Notes: generated by a model not told the origin, from the sequence alone. A stretch of 32,000 bases of DNA from an uncultured Erysipelotrichaceae bacterium (GCA_942492995.1 OW818653.1:30001-62000), one strand, 5' to 3'; counted from the first letter of the stretch, positions 8,986 to 19,309 are shown. A program made the numbers and translations.

Positions 8986-10737
8986 ATGGAAAAGGCACGT
9001 ATATATTCAATTAATGGACCAGTTGTTCGAGTTAAAGATTATAGTGGTTTTAAAATGCTCGAAATGGTTTATGTAGGTGAAAAGAAATTATTAGGTGAAG
9101 TCATTGGAATTGATGATCATTATACGACAATCCAAGTGTATGAAAGTACAACTGGTTTACGTGTTAATGAATTAGTTTATCATTCAGGTGCACCATTGTG
9201 TGCTAACTTAGGTCCTGGTATCTTAGACAATATTTTTGATGGTATTCAAAGACCACTTAAAGATATGGCTGCACTTAGCGGGATGTATGTTACTGAAGGT
9301 AAAGGAATTAATGCTTTAGATGAAGAACGTCTTTGGAATGTTACATTTAAAGTTAGTTTAAATGATGAAGTTACTGAAGGTCATATTTTTGCGACGTGTC
9401 CAGAAACATCATTGATTGAACACCGCTTTTTAGTTCCGATTGGTGTTAATGGTAAAGTAGTTGAAATTAAATCCAATGATTCATATAACATAAAAGAAGT
9501 TTTAATGGTTGTCTTAGATAAACACGGTAAGAAACATACTTTAACAATGGTACAAGATTGGCCGATTCGTTCACCACGTCCTGTGCTTGAACGTAAAGCT
9601 ATCACGATGCCATTGATTACTGGACAACGTGTCATTGATACCTTCTTCCCAATCGCTAAGGGTGGTGCTGCGGCGATACCTGGTGGATTTGGAGCTGGTA
9701 AAACGATGACGCAACATCAATTAGCTAAATGGTGTGATGCGGATATTATCGTTTATGTTGGTTGTGGAGAACGTGGTAATGAAATGACTCAGGTTTTACA
9801 TGAGTTCAAGGAATTACTCGATCCTAAGTCACATAAGCCTTTAACAGATCGTACGGTCTTAATCGCTAATACGTCAAACATGCCTGTTGCGGCGCGTGAA
9901 GCTAGTATCTATACTGGTATCACAATTGCAGAGTATTACCGTGATATGGGTTACCATGTAGCGCTTATGGCGGATAGTACATCACGTTGGGCAGAAGCAC
10001 TACGTGAAATCTCTGGTCGTTTAGAAGAAATGCCTGCCGAAGAAGGTTTCCCAGCTTATTTACCTTCGCGTATCGCACAATTCTATGAACGTGCAGGGTA
10101 TGTTGAAACACTATCAAACAATGAAGGTTCAGTTACGGTTATTGGAGCGGTTTCCCCACAAGGTGCCGACTTCTCAGAACCAGTAACCCAAAATACAAAA
10201 CGTTTCGTACGTTCTTTCTGGGCTTTGGATAAAAACTTAGCTTATGCAAGACACTTCCCAGCGATTAACTGGAACTTAAGTTACAGTGAATACTTAGATG
10301 ATTTAAAACGCTGGTATGATGTAAATGTTGATCGTAAATTCTTAACATTAAGAAATGAAATGATGAATATTCTACATGAAGAAACACAACTTATGGAAAT
10401 TGTTAAATTAATCGGTTCAGATGTTTTACCTGAGGATCAAAAGCTAAGTTTAGAAATCGCACGTGTTATTCGTGTTGGTTACTTGCAACAAAATGCTTTC
10501 CATCCAGAAGATACATTTGTTCCATTTGAGAAACAATTAAAAATGTTACAACTCATCTCACATTTAAAGACACAAGCAAATCAAGTTATCAGTACACATC
10601 GTACTGTTCGTTCGATTGTTGAAACGGGTGTGTTTGAAGATTTAATTAAGATTAAATACGATGTACCAAATAACGAATTATATCGATTAGATGCGTATTA
10701 TGAAAGAATTGATCTAGCTATGGCTAGCATTCAGTAA
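8986..10737 (+). CDS. ntpA: V/A-type ATPase catalytic subunit A
   Basis: P-loop GGFGAGKTM, plus [42 protein letters not shown] and [40 protein letters not shown]. Confidence 0.96.
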   Translation: MEKARIYSINGPVVRVKDYSGFKMLEMVYVGEKKLLGEVIGIDDHYTTIQVYESTTGLRVNELVYHSGAPLCANLGPGILDNIFDGIQRPLKDMAALSGMYVTEGKGINALDEERLWNVTFKVSLNDEVTEGHIFATCPETSLIEHRFLVPIGVNGKVVEIKSNDSYNIKEVLMVVLDKHGKKHTLTMVQDWPIRSPRPVLERKAITMPLITGQRVIDTFFPIAKGGAAAIPGGFGAGKTMTQHQLAKWCDADIIVYVGCGERGNEMTQVLHEFKELLDPKSHKPLTDRTVLIANTSNMPVAAREASIYTGITIAEYYRDMGYHVALMADSTSRWAEALREISGRLEEMPAEEGFPAYLPSRIAQFYERAGYVETLSNNEGSVTVIGAVSPQGADFSEPVTQNTKRFVRSFWALDKNLAYARHFPAINWNLSYSEYLDDLKRWYDVNVDRKFLTLRNEMMNILHEETQLMEIVKLIGSDVLPEDQKLSLEIARVIRVGYLQQNAFHPEDTFVPFEKQLKMLQLISHLKTQANQVISTHRTVRSIVETGVFEDLIKIKYDVPNNELYRLDAYYERIDLAMASIQ

Positions 10738-10747
10738 GGAGGGTAAA

Positions 10748-12187
10748 ATGAGTCGTCAATTTAAAGGATTGAAAGAAATCAAAGGCCCACTTATTATTCT
10801 TGATGATGTTCAAGATGTCGCATTTGAAGAAGTGGTAGAAATCGAATTAGAAGATGGCACTATCCGTTTTGGACGTGTTGTTGAAATAGAAGGCGATCGT
10901 GCTGTTATCCAAGTATTTGAAGGGACTACAGGATTATCCAAGAATAATACAAAAACGCGATTATTAGGACATCCAATGGAAATATCTGTTTCCAAGGAAA
11001 TACTAGGTCGTACATTTAATGGTTCAGGTGCTGCGATTGATGGATTAGGTAAAGTTTATGCGAAAACTCGCTTAGATATTAACGGTCGTTCATTAAATCC
11101 AGTTATGCGTAAATACCCAAGAGATTACATCAATACAGGTATCTCCGCAATCGATGGACTTAATACATTAATTCGTGGTCAAAAACTTCCTATTTTCTCA
11201 GGTAGTGGTATGACGCATAATCAATTGGCTGTACAAATTGTACGTCAAGCGAATATCGCATCTACAAATGGACAGGATTTTGCGATTGTATTTGCCGCAA
11301 TGGGTGTTAAACATGACGTTGCGAATTTCTTTAAGAAGAGTTTCGAAGAAACAGGCGTTATGGAAAAGGTTGTTATGTTCTTGAACTTATCCAATGACCC
11401 TATTATTGAACGTATTCTTACTCCTCGTTGTGCATTAACAGTAGCGGAATATCTTGCGTTTGAAGAAGATATGCATGTATTGGTCATTATGACTGATATT
11501 ACAGCTTATTGTGAAGCGTTACGTGAATTTAGTAGTAGTAAAGAAGAAATTCCTGGACGTAAAGGTTATCCTGGTTACTTGTACTCTGACTTAGCGTCAT
11601 TGTACGAAAGAGCAGGTCTTGTCGAAGGAAAACTTGGATCAGTTACGCAAATTCCGATTCTTACAATTCCAAATGATGATATTACACATCCAGTATCTGA
11701 CTTAACAGGGTATATCACTGAAGGTCAAATCGTGCTCGATCGTAATTTACACCAAACAAATATTTATCCTCCAATCGGTATTCTTCCATCCCTTAGTCGT
11801 TTGATGAAGGATGGTATCGGTGAAGGGTATACACGTAAGGATCATTCTAGTTTAAGTACACAACTCTTCGCATGTTACGCAAAAGTTCAAGATGCACGTG
11901 CACTTGCTTCTGTTATTGGTGAAGAAGAATTATCGACAACCGATCGTAAATACATGTCATTTGGACGTTATTTCGAGAAGTATTATATTGGTCAAGGATT
12001 TGATACAAACCGTAGTATGGAAGAAACTCTAAACTTAGGTTGGACATTATTATCTCTATTACCAAAATCAGAACTAGATCGTATTTCAAGTGATCTAATT
12101 GCTCAATATCACGATACTGAACAAGCAATTGCTCATTTCATGGTACTTGAACATGGAAAATTGGATGAAATTCTAAGAAAGGGTTAG
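10748..12187 (+). CDS. ntpB: V/A-type ATPase subunit B
   Basis: Motifs [57 protein letters not shown] and [20 protein letters not shown]. Confidence 0.96.
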   Translation: MSRQFKGLKEIKGPLIILDDVQDVAFEEVVEIELEDGTIRFGRVVEIEGDRAVIQVFEGTTGLSKNNTKTRLLGHPMEISVSKEILGRTFNGSGAAIDGLGKVYAKTRLDINGRSLNPVMRKYPRDYINTGISAIDGLNTLIRGQKLPIFSGSGMTHNQLAVQIVRQANIASTNGQDFAIVFAAMGVKHDVANFFKKSFEETGVMEKVVMFLNLSNDPIIERILTPRCALTVAEYLAFEEDMHVLVIMTDITAYCEALREFSSSKEEIPGRKGYPGYLYSDLASLYERAGLVEGKLGSVTQIPILTIPNDDITHPVSDLTGYITEGQIVLDRNLHQTNIYPPIGILPSLSRLMKDGIGEGYTRKDHSSLSTQLFACYAKVQDARALASVIGEEELSTTDRKYMSFGRYFEKYYIGQGFDTNRSMEETLNLGWTLLSLLPKSELDRISSDLIAQYHDTEQAIAHFMVLEHGKLDEILRKG

Positions 12188-12188
12188 A

Positions 12189-12812
12189 ATGGCAAATTTA
12201 CGACCATCCCCGACAAAGGGAAATCTCATCGCCAGCAAGAAATCATTAGAACTCGCAAGACTCGGTTATGATCTTATGGACCGTAAGCGAAACGTTTTAA
12301 TTCGCGAAATGATGAATCTGGTCGATAAAGTAAAATTCATACGTGAAAATTTAACTGAAGCGTATGAAGAAGCGTATCTTGCTCTTCAACAGGCGAATAT
12401 TTCTTTAGGTGTTGTTAATGAGATTGCGAATGCGATTACCATTGAAGAGGGCATCAGTATTGTTTATCGTAGTGTCATGGGGGTAGAAATACCAATTGTG
12501 ACAATGCATGAAACAGATGTTGTTCTTGAATATGGATTTGAAGAATCAAACTCACGTCTGGATGAAGCTACACTTAAGTATATTGTCGCAAAACGTTTAA
12601 CATTAGTATTAGCTGAAGTAGACACCTCAATCTATCGATTAGCTCGTGCGATTCAAAAAACACAGAAGCGTGCTAATGCATTAAAGAATATCGTTATTCC
12701 AAATCTTGAAGGTGATATTAAATATATTGCGGAAGCGTTGGAAGAAAAAGAACGTGAAGGCTTTATACGTTTAAAGGTTATTAAGAATCAGAAACAAAAT
12801 CCCGTTAATTAG
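12189..12812 (+). CDS. ntpD: V/A-type ATPase subunit D (central stalk)
   Basis: N-terminus RPSPTKGNLIASKKSLELARLGYDLMDRKRNVLIREMM is the conserved subunit-D motif. Starts 1 nt after the ntpB stop. Confidence 0.9.
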   Translation: MANLRPSPTKGNLIASKKSLELARLGYDLMDRKRNVLIREMMNLVDKVKFIRENLTEAYEEAYLALQQANISLGVVNEIANAITIEEGISIVYRSVMGVEIPIVTMHETDVVLEYGFEESNSRLDEATLKYIVAKRLTLVLAEVDTSIYRLARAIQKTQKRANALKNIVIPNLEGDIKYIAEALEEKEREGFIRLKVIKNQKQNPVN

Positions 12813-12825
12813 CGGGATTTTTATT
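12797..12825 (+). terminator. Rho-independent terminator of the V-ATPase operon
   Basis: aaatcccg / ttaattag / cgggattt hairpin overlapping the ntpD stop, followed by ttatt. Confidence 0.7.
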
Positions 12826-12858
12826 AGGGATAATTAATTATTTTGCATAAATTAGAGT

Positions 12859-13170
12859 ATGAAGAACTATACATTTCAAGAACTCGGTATATTAGTGCAG
12901 TATCATTTCAAATATTATCGTACGTATTTAAAAAGAAAACAATACTATCAAACAAATCCAATCCCCTTAGAGTGTGCTTATGCGTATTCAATTCAATCGA
13001 GTATTGAACAATTAACGCATGATGAAAGAAGAATTTTATTATCAGAATACATTGATTGCGTAGAGAAAAATTGGTGGATGGATTACTTTTCTAAAACCAG
13101 TTATTATCGAACAAAACGTCGTGCGTTGACTCGCTTTATACATTGTCTACATACTGAAATAGTGGTATGA
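12859..13170 (+). CDS. Small hypothetical protein with a sigma-70 region-4-like / ArpU-like C-terminal HTH
   Basis: 103-aa ORF ending in TGA. C-terminal pattern ERRILLSEYI....WWMDYFSKTSYYRTKRRALTRFIHCL resembles region-4-type HTH proteins (S.sTYYR.K..A...F). Weak RBS. Product assignment is tentative. Confidence 0.45.
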   Translation: MKNYTFQELGILVQYHFKYYRTYLKRKQYYQTNPIPLECAYAYSIQSSIEQLTHDERRILLSEYIDCVEKNWWMDYFSKTSYYRTKRRALTRFIHCLHTEIVV

Positions 13171-13224
13171 TTACACTGAAAATTGAGTAGATTTACTCTT
13201 TTGAGCACGCCAAGGAGGAATGTA

Positions 13225-14934
13225 ATGTTAAAGGGTATTGCAGCGAGTAGTGGAGTTGTTGTTGCTAAAGCGTATAAGCTTGTACAACCACAATTAAACA
13301 TTGTTCGTAAGACAGTAGATGTTAATGAGGAATTAGTGCGTTTTGAAGCGGCTCTTGTTAAAACAAGACACGATATTGAAACAATTAAAGAAAAAGCTGT
13401 GGGTCGTTTATCGGATGATGATTTAGCGATATTTGATGCACATTTAATGGTAACGTTTGATCCTGAATTTACAGGTCAAATGACTGAAATGATTAAATCT
13501 GAATCAATAAATGCTGAATTTGCTTGTCATGAAGTTAGCTCAATGTTTATCAATATGTTTGAATCAATGGAAGATGCCTATTTCAGAGAAAGAGCAGCTG
13601 ACATTAAAGACGTCGCTTATAGACTAAGTTGTCATATTATGGGATATGAACTTGCGAACTTATCTCTTATCCAAGAAGAAGTTGTGATTGTTGCCCACGA
13701 CTTAACACCTTCGGATACAGCACAATTAAATAAAGATTATACGAAAGGTTTTGCAACTGCTATCGGTGGTAGAACGTCACATAGTGCGATTATGGCACGT
13801 AGTTTAGAAATTCCTGCAGTTGTAGGGATTAGTGGTTTATTAGATCAAGTAAATCATGGAGATGTAATTGTATTAGATGCTCTTGATGGTGTCGTTATTG
13901 TTAATCCTAGTGAAGACGAACTTAAACATTATTCTGCTAAAGCTGATCGTTTTGCGGAATTAAAGAATAGCTTGAAAGTATTGAAGGATGCTGAAAGTGT
14001 TACGACTGATGCACATCATGTTGAACTTGTTGGTAATATTGGATCACCAGTTGATGCAGACAAAGTTCTTGAAAATGGTGGAGAAGGTGTTGGTTTATAT
14101 CGCACTGAGTTCCTATATATGGATGCTCAATCACTTCCTACAGAAGAAGATCAATTTGCTTCATATAAATCAGTCTTAGAAAAAATGGGTAAACGTCCTA
14201 CAGTTGTTCGTACACTTGATATTGGTGGCGATAAAGAACTTAGTTATTTACCTTTCCCACATGAAATGAATCCATTCTTAGGTTACCGTGCAATTCGTTT
14301 ATGCTTAGATCGTACGGATATCTTCAAGACTCAAGTACGTGCTTTATTACGTTCAAGTGTTTATGGAAATCTATGCATTATGTTCCCAATGATTGCGACA
14401 ATTGATGAATTTAGAACAGCTAAGAAATTTGTTAAAGATACAGAAGCTGAAATAAGAGCTGAAGGTATTGCGGTTTCTGAAACTTACCAAATTGGTATGA
14501 TGGTTGAAATTCCTGCAGCGGCAGTTCTTGCGGATCAATTCTCGAAGGAAGCTGATTTCTTATCAATTGGTACAAACGATTTAATCCAATATTCAATGGC
14601 GTCAGATCGTATGAATGAAAAAGTTGCTTACTTATACCAACCTTATAACCCATCATTATTACGCTTAATTAAGATGACAATCGATGGTGCACATAAAGAA
14701 GGTAAATGGTGTGGTATGTGTGGAGAAATGGCTGGTGAAGAACTTGCGGTACCTCTACTATTAGGTTTAGGTTTAGATGAATTCTCCATGAGTGCAAGTA
14801 GTATTCTACAAGCACGTAAAATGGTTCGTTCATTGAGTTATGCTGAAATGAAAGTTATGGCTGAAAAAGCACTGACAATGGCTAACCAAGAAGAAGTATT
14901 AACATTAGTTAAGAATACATTAAAGGTGGATTAA
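13225..14934 (+). CDS. ptsI: Phosphoenolpyruvate-protein phosphotransferase (PTS enzyme I)
   Basis: AAGGAGG sits 5 nt upstream of the ATG at 13225; the TTG at 13183 in the ORF track has no RBS. Motifs GGRTSHSAIMARSLEIPAVVG (active-site His), GVGLYRTEFLYM, FLSIGTNDLIQY and CGEMAG. Confidence 0.95.
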   Translation: MLKGIAASSGVVVAKAYKLVQPQLNIVRKTVDVNEELVRFEAALVKTRHDIETIKEKAVGRLSDDDLAIFDAHLMVTFDPEFTGQMTEMIKSESINAEFACHEVSSMFINMFESMEDAYFRERAADIKDVAYRLSCHIMGYELANLSLIQEEVVIVAHDLTPSDTAQLNKDYTKGFATAIGGRTSHSAIMARSLEIPAVVGISGLLDQVNHGDVIVLDALDGVVIVNPSEDELKHYSAKADRFAELKNSLKVLKDAESVTTDAHHVELVGNIGSPVDADKVLENGGEGVGLYRTEFLYMDAQSLPTEEDQFASYKSVLEKMGKRPTVVRTLDIGGDKELSYLPFPHEMNPFLGYRAIRLCLDRTDIFKTQVRALLRSSVYGNLCIMFPMIATIDEFRTAKKFVKDTEAEIRAEGIAVSETYQIGMMVEIPAAAVLADQFSKEADFLSIGTNDLIQYSMASDRMNEKVAYLYQPYNPSLLRLIKMTIDGAHKEGKWCGMCGEMAGEELAVPLLLGLGLDEFSMSASSILQARKMVRSLSYAEMKVMAEKALTMANQEEVLTLVKNTLKVD

Positions 14935-14947
14935 TCCACCTTTTTTT
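14922..14947. terminator. Bidirectional terminator between convergent ptsI and azlD
   Basis: aaaggtgga / ttaa / tccaccttt hairpin with A and T runs on either side. Overlaps both gene ends. Confidence 0.75.
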
Positions 14948-15260
14948 AATTCACTAGAAATAAATAGAGTAATACTGAAGTTGAAATACTAATCAATGTT
15001 TGTTTGTACTTAAGATGTATGATTGTGATCCAAATTAATGAGATAATCTCAGGATATGCTATCCTAACATCTAAGGATACATCTTTTAATGCATAAACAA
15101 GTATCATACCTAATGATGCATAAGGCAACCGATCAGAAACAAATTGAATCCACTTCGGTAATGGTTTGTTTTCAGGAAAGAATATAAAAGGTAAGAAACG
15201 AGTTAGGATTGACGCAAACATCATGAGTCCTACATAGATACTTATTTGAAAGAGTGTCAT
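14946..15260 (-). CDS. azlD: AzlD-family branched-chain amino acid transport protein (small subunit)
   Basis: 104-aa polytopic membrane protein. Its ATG overlaps the azlC TGA (ATGA), the canonical AzlC-AzlD arrangement. Confidence 0.75.
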   Translation of the reverse strand: MTLFQISIYVGLMMFASILTRFLPFIFFPENKPLPKWIQFVSDRLPYASLGMILVYALKDVSLDVRIAYPEIISLIWITIIHLKYKQTLISISTSVLLYLFLVN

Positions 15261-15940
15261 GATTGTTTACTCCTTTTATAATCGATAATTAAACAACTAA
15301 ATAATAGAATCATCGATAGTAATAAAAATTGTGTTTTACCAACTAAAACCAATGCGAGTGTAGTACAGAATAATCCTAATAAGAGATATGTTCGATTTTG
15401 TTTAACTTCCCATTGATTTAAGAATAAGACATAGAATAAGGCAGTTAATACAAAGTCGATTCCTTTTATATTATTCGGAATTTGTGATGCCAATAAGAAC
15501 CCAATAATGCTCGCTATATTCCAGTACAGATAATCCAGTAATGTCACAAAGAAATAGAACCATGCTGGATTAATATCTTCTTTGACACGTGTGGCGACAT
15601 TAATCGAAAATGTTTCATCACTTAATGCAAATATCATAAAGAATTTCTTTAGACCTAAATTCTTATACTTAGGTAATAATGATATTCCATAGAATAAGTG
15701 TCTAAGATTTACCATCATTGCGAGTAAGAATATAGAAATAGGATTAAAGCTCGACAAGAATAATGGGATTGACGCAAATTGCATTGCACCTGTAAAAACT
15801 AAACTACTCATAATAAATGTAAGTGGTAAAGATAACCCAGATTTATTCATTAATATGCCATACCCTATCCCTAAAAATAAATAACCCGTAAACACGGGTA
15901 AAGTAATTGGAAATGCGGATTTTAATGCTTTTAACTTCAT
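15257..15940 (-). CDS. azlC: AzlC-family branched-chain amino acid transport protein
   Basis: 227 aa, multi-TM. N-terminus KSAFPITLPVFTGYLFLGIGYGILM is typical of AzlC. ATGA overlap with the proC stop. Confidence 0.82.
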   Translation of the reverse strand: MKLKALKSAFPITLPVFTGYLFLGIGYGILMNKSGLSLPLTFIMSSLVFTGAMQFASIPLFLSSFNPISIFLLAMMVNLRHLFYGISLLPKYKNLGLKKFFMIFALSDETFSINVATRVKEDINPAWFYFFVTLLDYLYWNIASIIGFLLASQIPNNIKGIDFVLTALFYVLFLNQWEVKQNRTYLLLGLFCTTLALVLVGKTQFLLLSMILLFSCLIIDYKRSKQS

Positions 15941-16746
15941 ACATTATCCTCAAATAGTTTACTTATTTCTTCTGCTCGATGTATTGTCGCATTAAATGTA
16001 CGTTCTATAATCTTTTCTAAATCAGATTGTCTTAGTACATTAATCCCTTCAATTGTAGTTCCAGCTTTTGAAGTGACTTGATCAATTAATAATTGTATGT
16101 TCGTAGTATCATCTACCATTGAACTCGCTGCACTAAATGTATTTTGTATAATCGATTGAGCCATTGATTCATCTAATCCAGCTTCTATCGCTTTTTGTGT
16201 AAATACGCGCATTAACTCATACACAAAAGCGATACCAGAACCATTTGCCGCAATATACGCATTCATTTTAGATTCATCTATCACATACATATTTCCTAAT
16301 GGTAAGAATAAATCGATAATCATATCTAATTCAGTTTGATCTAAATGATTCGTTGTACAAGCAAGTGCCCCAACATTTATCGCAATTGCTGTATTTGGCA
16401 TCAATCGTGCAATCTTCTCATACCCCAACCATTGTTCCAATTGACCGAGAGATACCCCAGCCGCAAGAGACACCACAAGTGTACCTTGTCCGATATAATC
16501 TTTAATCTCAACACAAACAGAATGTAATTGTTGAGGTTTAACAGCAAGTACAATCACATCCATATCTTTTGTACAATCGATATTATTGTGAGTAATATTT
16601 ACTGGGAAATTATCTTTTAAGTCGTTTAGTTTTTGAACACTTGGATTACTAACAGTTACGTTATTATTTTGAAAGAAATCTGTATGTGATAATCCCTCAC
16701 AAAACGCATGAGTCATCTTACCCGCCCCAATAAATGATATTTTCAT
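15937..16746 (-). CDS. proC: Pyrroline-5-carboxylate reductase family protein
   Basis: Start chosen at MKISFIGAGKM (Rossmann GxGxxG) with AGGAGA 7 nt upstream; the longer ORF to 16821 lacks an RBS. C-terminal dimerisation-domain motif TSKAGTTIEGINVL. Confidence 0.85.
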   Translation of the reverse strand: MKISFIGAGKMTHAFCEGLSHTDFFQNNNVTVSNPSVQKLNDLKDNFPVNITHNNIDCTKDMDVIVLAVKPQQLHSVCVEIKDYIGQGTLVVSLAAGVSLGQLEQWLGYEKIARLMPNTAIAINVGALACTTNHLDQTELDMIIDLFLPLGNMYVIDESKMNAYIAANGSGIAFVYELMRVFTQKAIEAGLDESMAQSIIQNTFSAASSMVDDTTNIQLLIDQVTSKAGTTIEGINVLRQSDLEKIIERTFNATIHRAEEISKLFEDNV

Positions 16747-16857
16747 ATGATTTTCTCCTATTTCATATAACTTTATCACAATTTTAAATTTGTTTACAGT
16801 CAATCTAATTGAAAGAATCAATAATTTCGCTTAATCTAAAAGCTCAGGAGAAACACA

Positions 16858-17250
16858 ATGGATTTCAACTTACAAACACCTACATTATTATTTTCCGCAA
16901 TATCATTATTGATGTTGGCATATACCAATCGTTTTGTGGTTATTGCGAACTTAATTCGTGAATTATATGCTCAACACATTAAAGAACCTACACAAATAAC
17001 ATTTGATCAACTATCTAATTTGCGAAAGAGAATGCGTATTATACGTAATATGCAACTATTCGGAGGAGCTAGTTTTTTCTTTAGTGTACTGAGTTTATTG
17101 TTACTATTTGCTAGTTTGGATTTACTAGCGAAATATGCATTCGGAATAAGTATTATTATGCTACTTGTATCATTGATACTATTATTAATGGAGTTGCAGA
17201 TATCTGTACATGCGTTGAACATACAATTAAAGGATTTTGATTCAAAGTAA
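16858..17250 (+). CDS. DUF2721-like small membrane protein
   Basis: 130 aa with 3 predicted TM helices. N-terminal LLFSAISLLMLAYTNRFVVIANLIRELY resembles the DUF2721 signature. AGGAGA RBS. Confidence 0.6.
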   Translation: MDFNLQTPTLLFSAISLLMLAYTNRFVVIANLIRELYAQHIKEPTQITFDQLSNLRKRMRIIRNMQLFGGASFFFSVLSLLLLFASLDLLAKYAFGISIIMLLVSLILLLMELQISVHALNIQLKDFDSK

Positions 17251-17278
17251 AATAAAGAAGGGGCAACCCTTCTTTATT
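17251..17278. terminator. Bidirectional terminator between the DUF2721 gene and the convergent DUF3048 gene
   Basis: aataaagaaggg / gcaa / cccttctttatt perfect 12-bp hairpin. Confidence 0.75.
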
Positions 17279-18266
17279 CATATTCTATTTCAACTTCATC
17301 ATGGACAATATGAATCCATGTATTTCCATTTAAGAATGGCATTGGGTTTCCTTCTAAATCTAAGAAGTGCGTTGTATCACCTCTAAAGTCCTTTACCCAT
17401 TTACCTTTAATGTGTTTACCACCGATAAAGTATTCCGCATCTCCTGCATAGAAGAAATTAACCAAAACATATTGTGCTTCTTCTACCATTTTATGATCTG
17501 CATGTTGGACGACGATATTCGTCACAATGACTGGTTCATCATTATATTCATCAATACATTCTTCATCATTTAACGATTTTACGTATCGATTAATCGATGG
17601 GTCGTATTTATAACCATTACGAATACTTGGCGTGTAATTAATATCAATTTCTGTCGCTTCTTCACCACTGTAAGTATACTCGTCCACAAATTTAAAGTGT
17701 TCTCTAGGCCACATATCTGGTAAGTCTTCTGATGCTTCACTTAGATTCATATAGGCATTATGAGGTGCAATACGTGTATCATCTCTCCAGAAATAATCAG
17801 TGTTAATATTGAGTACACCATCATAACGAATTGGTACATACATTGCCTCAAGTGCTGTCATCGCATCACCCTCACCTTTGCTTGCACCACCGAAATGTGC
17901 GATACCAACATCCCATTCATCTAACATTGTTACAAATGGTAATCGAATACTACGAATCGGACCAACTTTTTCAGGGAATTCACCTTCAAATATTGCCATA
18001 TAACGTGTAATCGTCATTGTTTCAACACTAATTTCATACACAACATCTGCCATACTTAATCCTGATTGTGGTCGTGCATGACTTGTATTACCAATCATGA
18101 CAGCGACTGCTTGATACGTTTGATCATCGGTTTCACTTCCATTAAATACATTAATCTCAGGTTCTGGGATTGGTTCAACAATTGGTTCAGGTTCTGGTTC
18201 AACTGTTTTCGTACACGCTCCTAACAAAAAAAATAATAAGCTCATTATCAGTATTTTCTTAAACAT
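17274..18266 (-). CDS. DUF3048 (YerB-like) lipoprotein, paralog A
   Basis: Signal peptide with lipobox LLGAC, then an EPEPEPIVEPIPEPE linker. Family blocks AVAVMIGNTSHARPQSGLSMADVVYEI and FPEKVGPIRSIRLPF. RBS AAAGGGG. Confidence 0.8.
   Translation of the reverse strand: MFKKILIMSLLFFLLGACTKTVEPEPEPIVEPIPEPEINVFNGSETDDQTYQAVAVMIGNTSHARPQSGLSMADVVYEISVETMTITRYMAIFEGEFPEKVGPIRSIRLPFVTMLDEWDVGIAHFGGASKGEGDAMTALEAMYVPIRYDGVLNINTDYFWRDDTRIAPHNAYMNLSEASEDLPDMWPREHFKFVDEYTYSGEEATEIDINYTPSIRNGYKYDPSINRYVKSLNDEECIDEYNDEPVIVTNIVVQHADHKMVEEAQYVLVNFFYAGDAEYFIGGKHIKGKWVKDFRGDTTHFLDLEGNPMPFLNGNTWIHIVHDEVEIEYE
18156..18203 (-). repeat. Short imperfect GAACC(A/T)-type coding repeats (Glu-Pro linker of paralog A)
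   Basis: The minus strand reads gttgaacca gaacct gaacca att gttgaacca atccca gaacct gag. The 9-nt gttgaacca occurs twice. Confidence 0.5.
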
Positions 18267-18363
18267 ATAAACCCCTTTGTATGATTCTATTATACAAAAA
18301 TCTTTTATCCCGTAACAAAGTTTTTTTGCGTGTTATAATCTATTTTATTTAGGGGAGAAAAAT
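18267..18363. promoter_or_regulatory. Divergent promoter region (DUF3048 paralog A leftward, EamA operon rightward)
   Basis: Plus strand has TGtTATAAT at 18331..18339. Minus strand has TTGTTA, 18 nt, TATAAT (plus-strand attata at 18279..18284). Confidence 0.45.
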
Positions 18364-19263
18364 ATGACAACGCAAAAGAATAAATGGCTCATACCACTCG
18401 CATTTCTATCTGTTTATATCTTTTGGGGAGGTACATACTTAGGTATGAAATTCGCACTCGAATCATTCCCACCTTTTATTATGGCTGGGATGAGACATTT
18501 AACAGCTGGTTTGATTCTAACGAGTGTCGCATGGCTTAAAAAGGAAACGTTTCCAAGTAAAAAAGAGATGATCAATGCTGGTCTTGTAGGGGCAATGTTG
18601 CTCTTGGGAGGAAATGGGTTAGTCGCATACGCTGAAATCAGAGTACCTTCTTCCATCGCAAGTTTAATTATTGCGTCAGTACCTCTATGGATAAGTGGAT
18701 TAAACTGGATTAGTGGCGATAAACGTAAACCAAGTTTATTAGAAATGTTTGGGTTGTTTCTTGGGTTCTCAGGTATTATGGTGCTTGCTTTTCAAGGTAC
18801 AAATTCCTCGACAAATATTGATATGATCGGAATTGGTTTACTTTTAATCGCATCATTCTCATGGTCAATGGGTTCACTTTATTCTAAACGATCCGAAATG
18901 CCAAAATCATCTTTCTATAATGTATCCTTTCAAATGTTAACGGGGGGTTCGTTATTGCTTATATTCTCTACATTATTAGGAGAATATCGATCACTTGATA
19001 TCAGTCAAATCACGAATCAATCCTTATTCGCATTAGGCTATTTAATACTATTTGGTTCAATAATTGCGTATTCTGCGTATATTTGGCTATTTAAAAATGT
19101 TAATCCAACCCTAGCATCTACCTATGCTTTCGTAAATCCTGTCGTCGCTTTAATCCTTGGTTGGAGTTTAGCTAATGAAGTTTTAAGTACTCAAGGGATA
19201 ATCGCATCAATTCTTATCATTGGGGCAGTAGTAATCATTACATTATCAAAACGCAATAAATAA
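18364..19263 (+). CDS. EamA/DMT-family transporter (10 TM)
   Basis: 299 aa in two 5-TM halves. Has the typical IFWGGTYLGMKFAL start and C-terminal YAFVNPVVALILGW. Confidence 0.85.
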   Translation: MTTQKNKWLIPLAFLSVYIFWGGTYLGMKFALESFPPFIMAGMRHLTAGLILTSVAWLKKETFPSKKEMINAGLVGAMLLLGGNGLVAYAEIRVPSSIASLIIASVPLWISGLNWISGDKRKPSLLEMFGLFLGFSGIMVLAFQGTNSSTNIDMIGIGLLLIASFSWSMGSLYSKRSEMPKSSFYNVSFQMLTGGSLLLIFSTLLGEYRSLDISQITNQSLFALGYLILFGSIIAYSAYIWLFKNVNPTLASTYAFVNPVVALILGWSLANEVLSTQGIIASILIIGAVVIITLSKRNK

Positions 19264-19309
19264 TTGATTTTGTGTTAATCGGGCGTAAACTAAGGTTAAG
19301 GAGACAACT

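Noticed and set aside
13183-13224. The ORF-track start of ptsI at TTG 13183 (MSRFTLLSTPRRNV...).
   Set aside because: It has no RBS, and the 14 extra residues are not enzyme-I-like. The ATG at 13225 has a near-perfect RBS.
13168-13227. The 103-aa ORF (12859..13170) and ptsI are in the same frame, separated only by two TGA codons (13168 and 13177). This raised the possibility of Mollicutes code 4 (TGA = Trp) and a fusion protein.
   Set aside because: Trp is encoded by TGG throughout, for example in NWWMDY in the same ORF. TGA also terminates azlC and proC in ATGA overlaps. A strong AAGGAGG RBS precedes the ATG at 13225, which gives a canonical enzyme I N-terminus. The standard code with two separate genes is the better reading.
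16747-16821. N-terminal extension of proC to 16821 (MILSIRLTVNKFKIVIKLYEIGENH...).
   Set aside because: The Rossmann motif begins right after the internal Met at 16746, which has AGGAGA upstream. The extension would run through the divergent promoter region.
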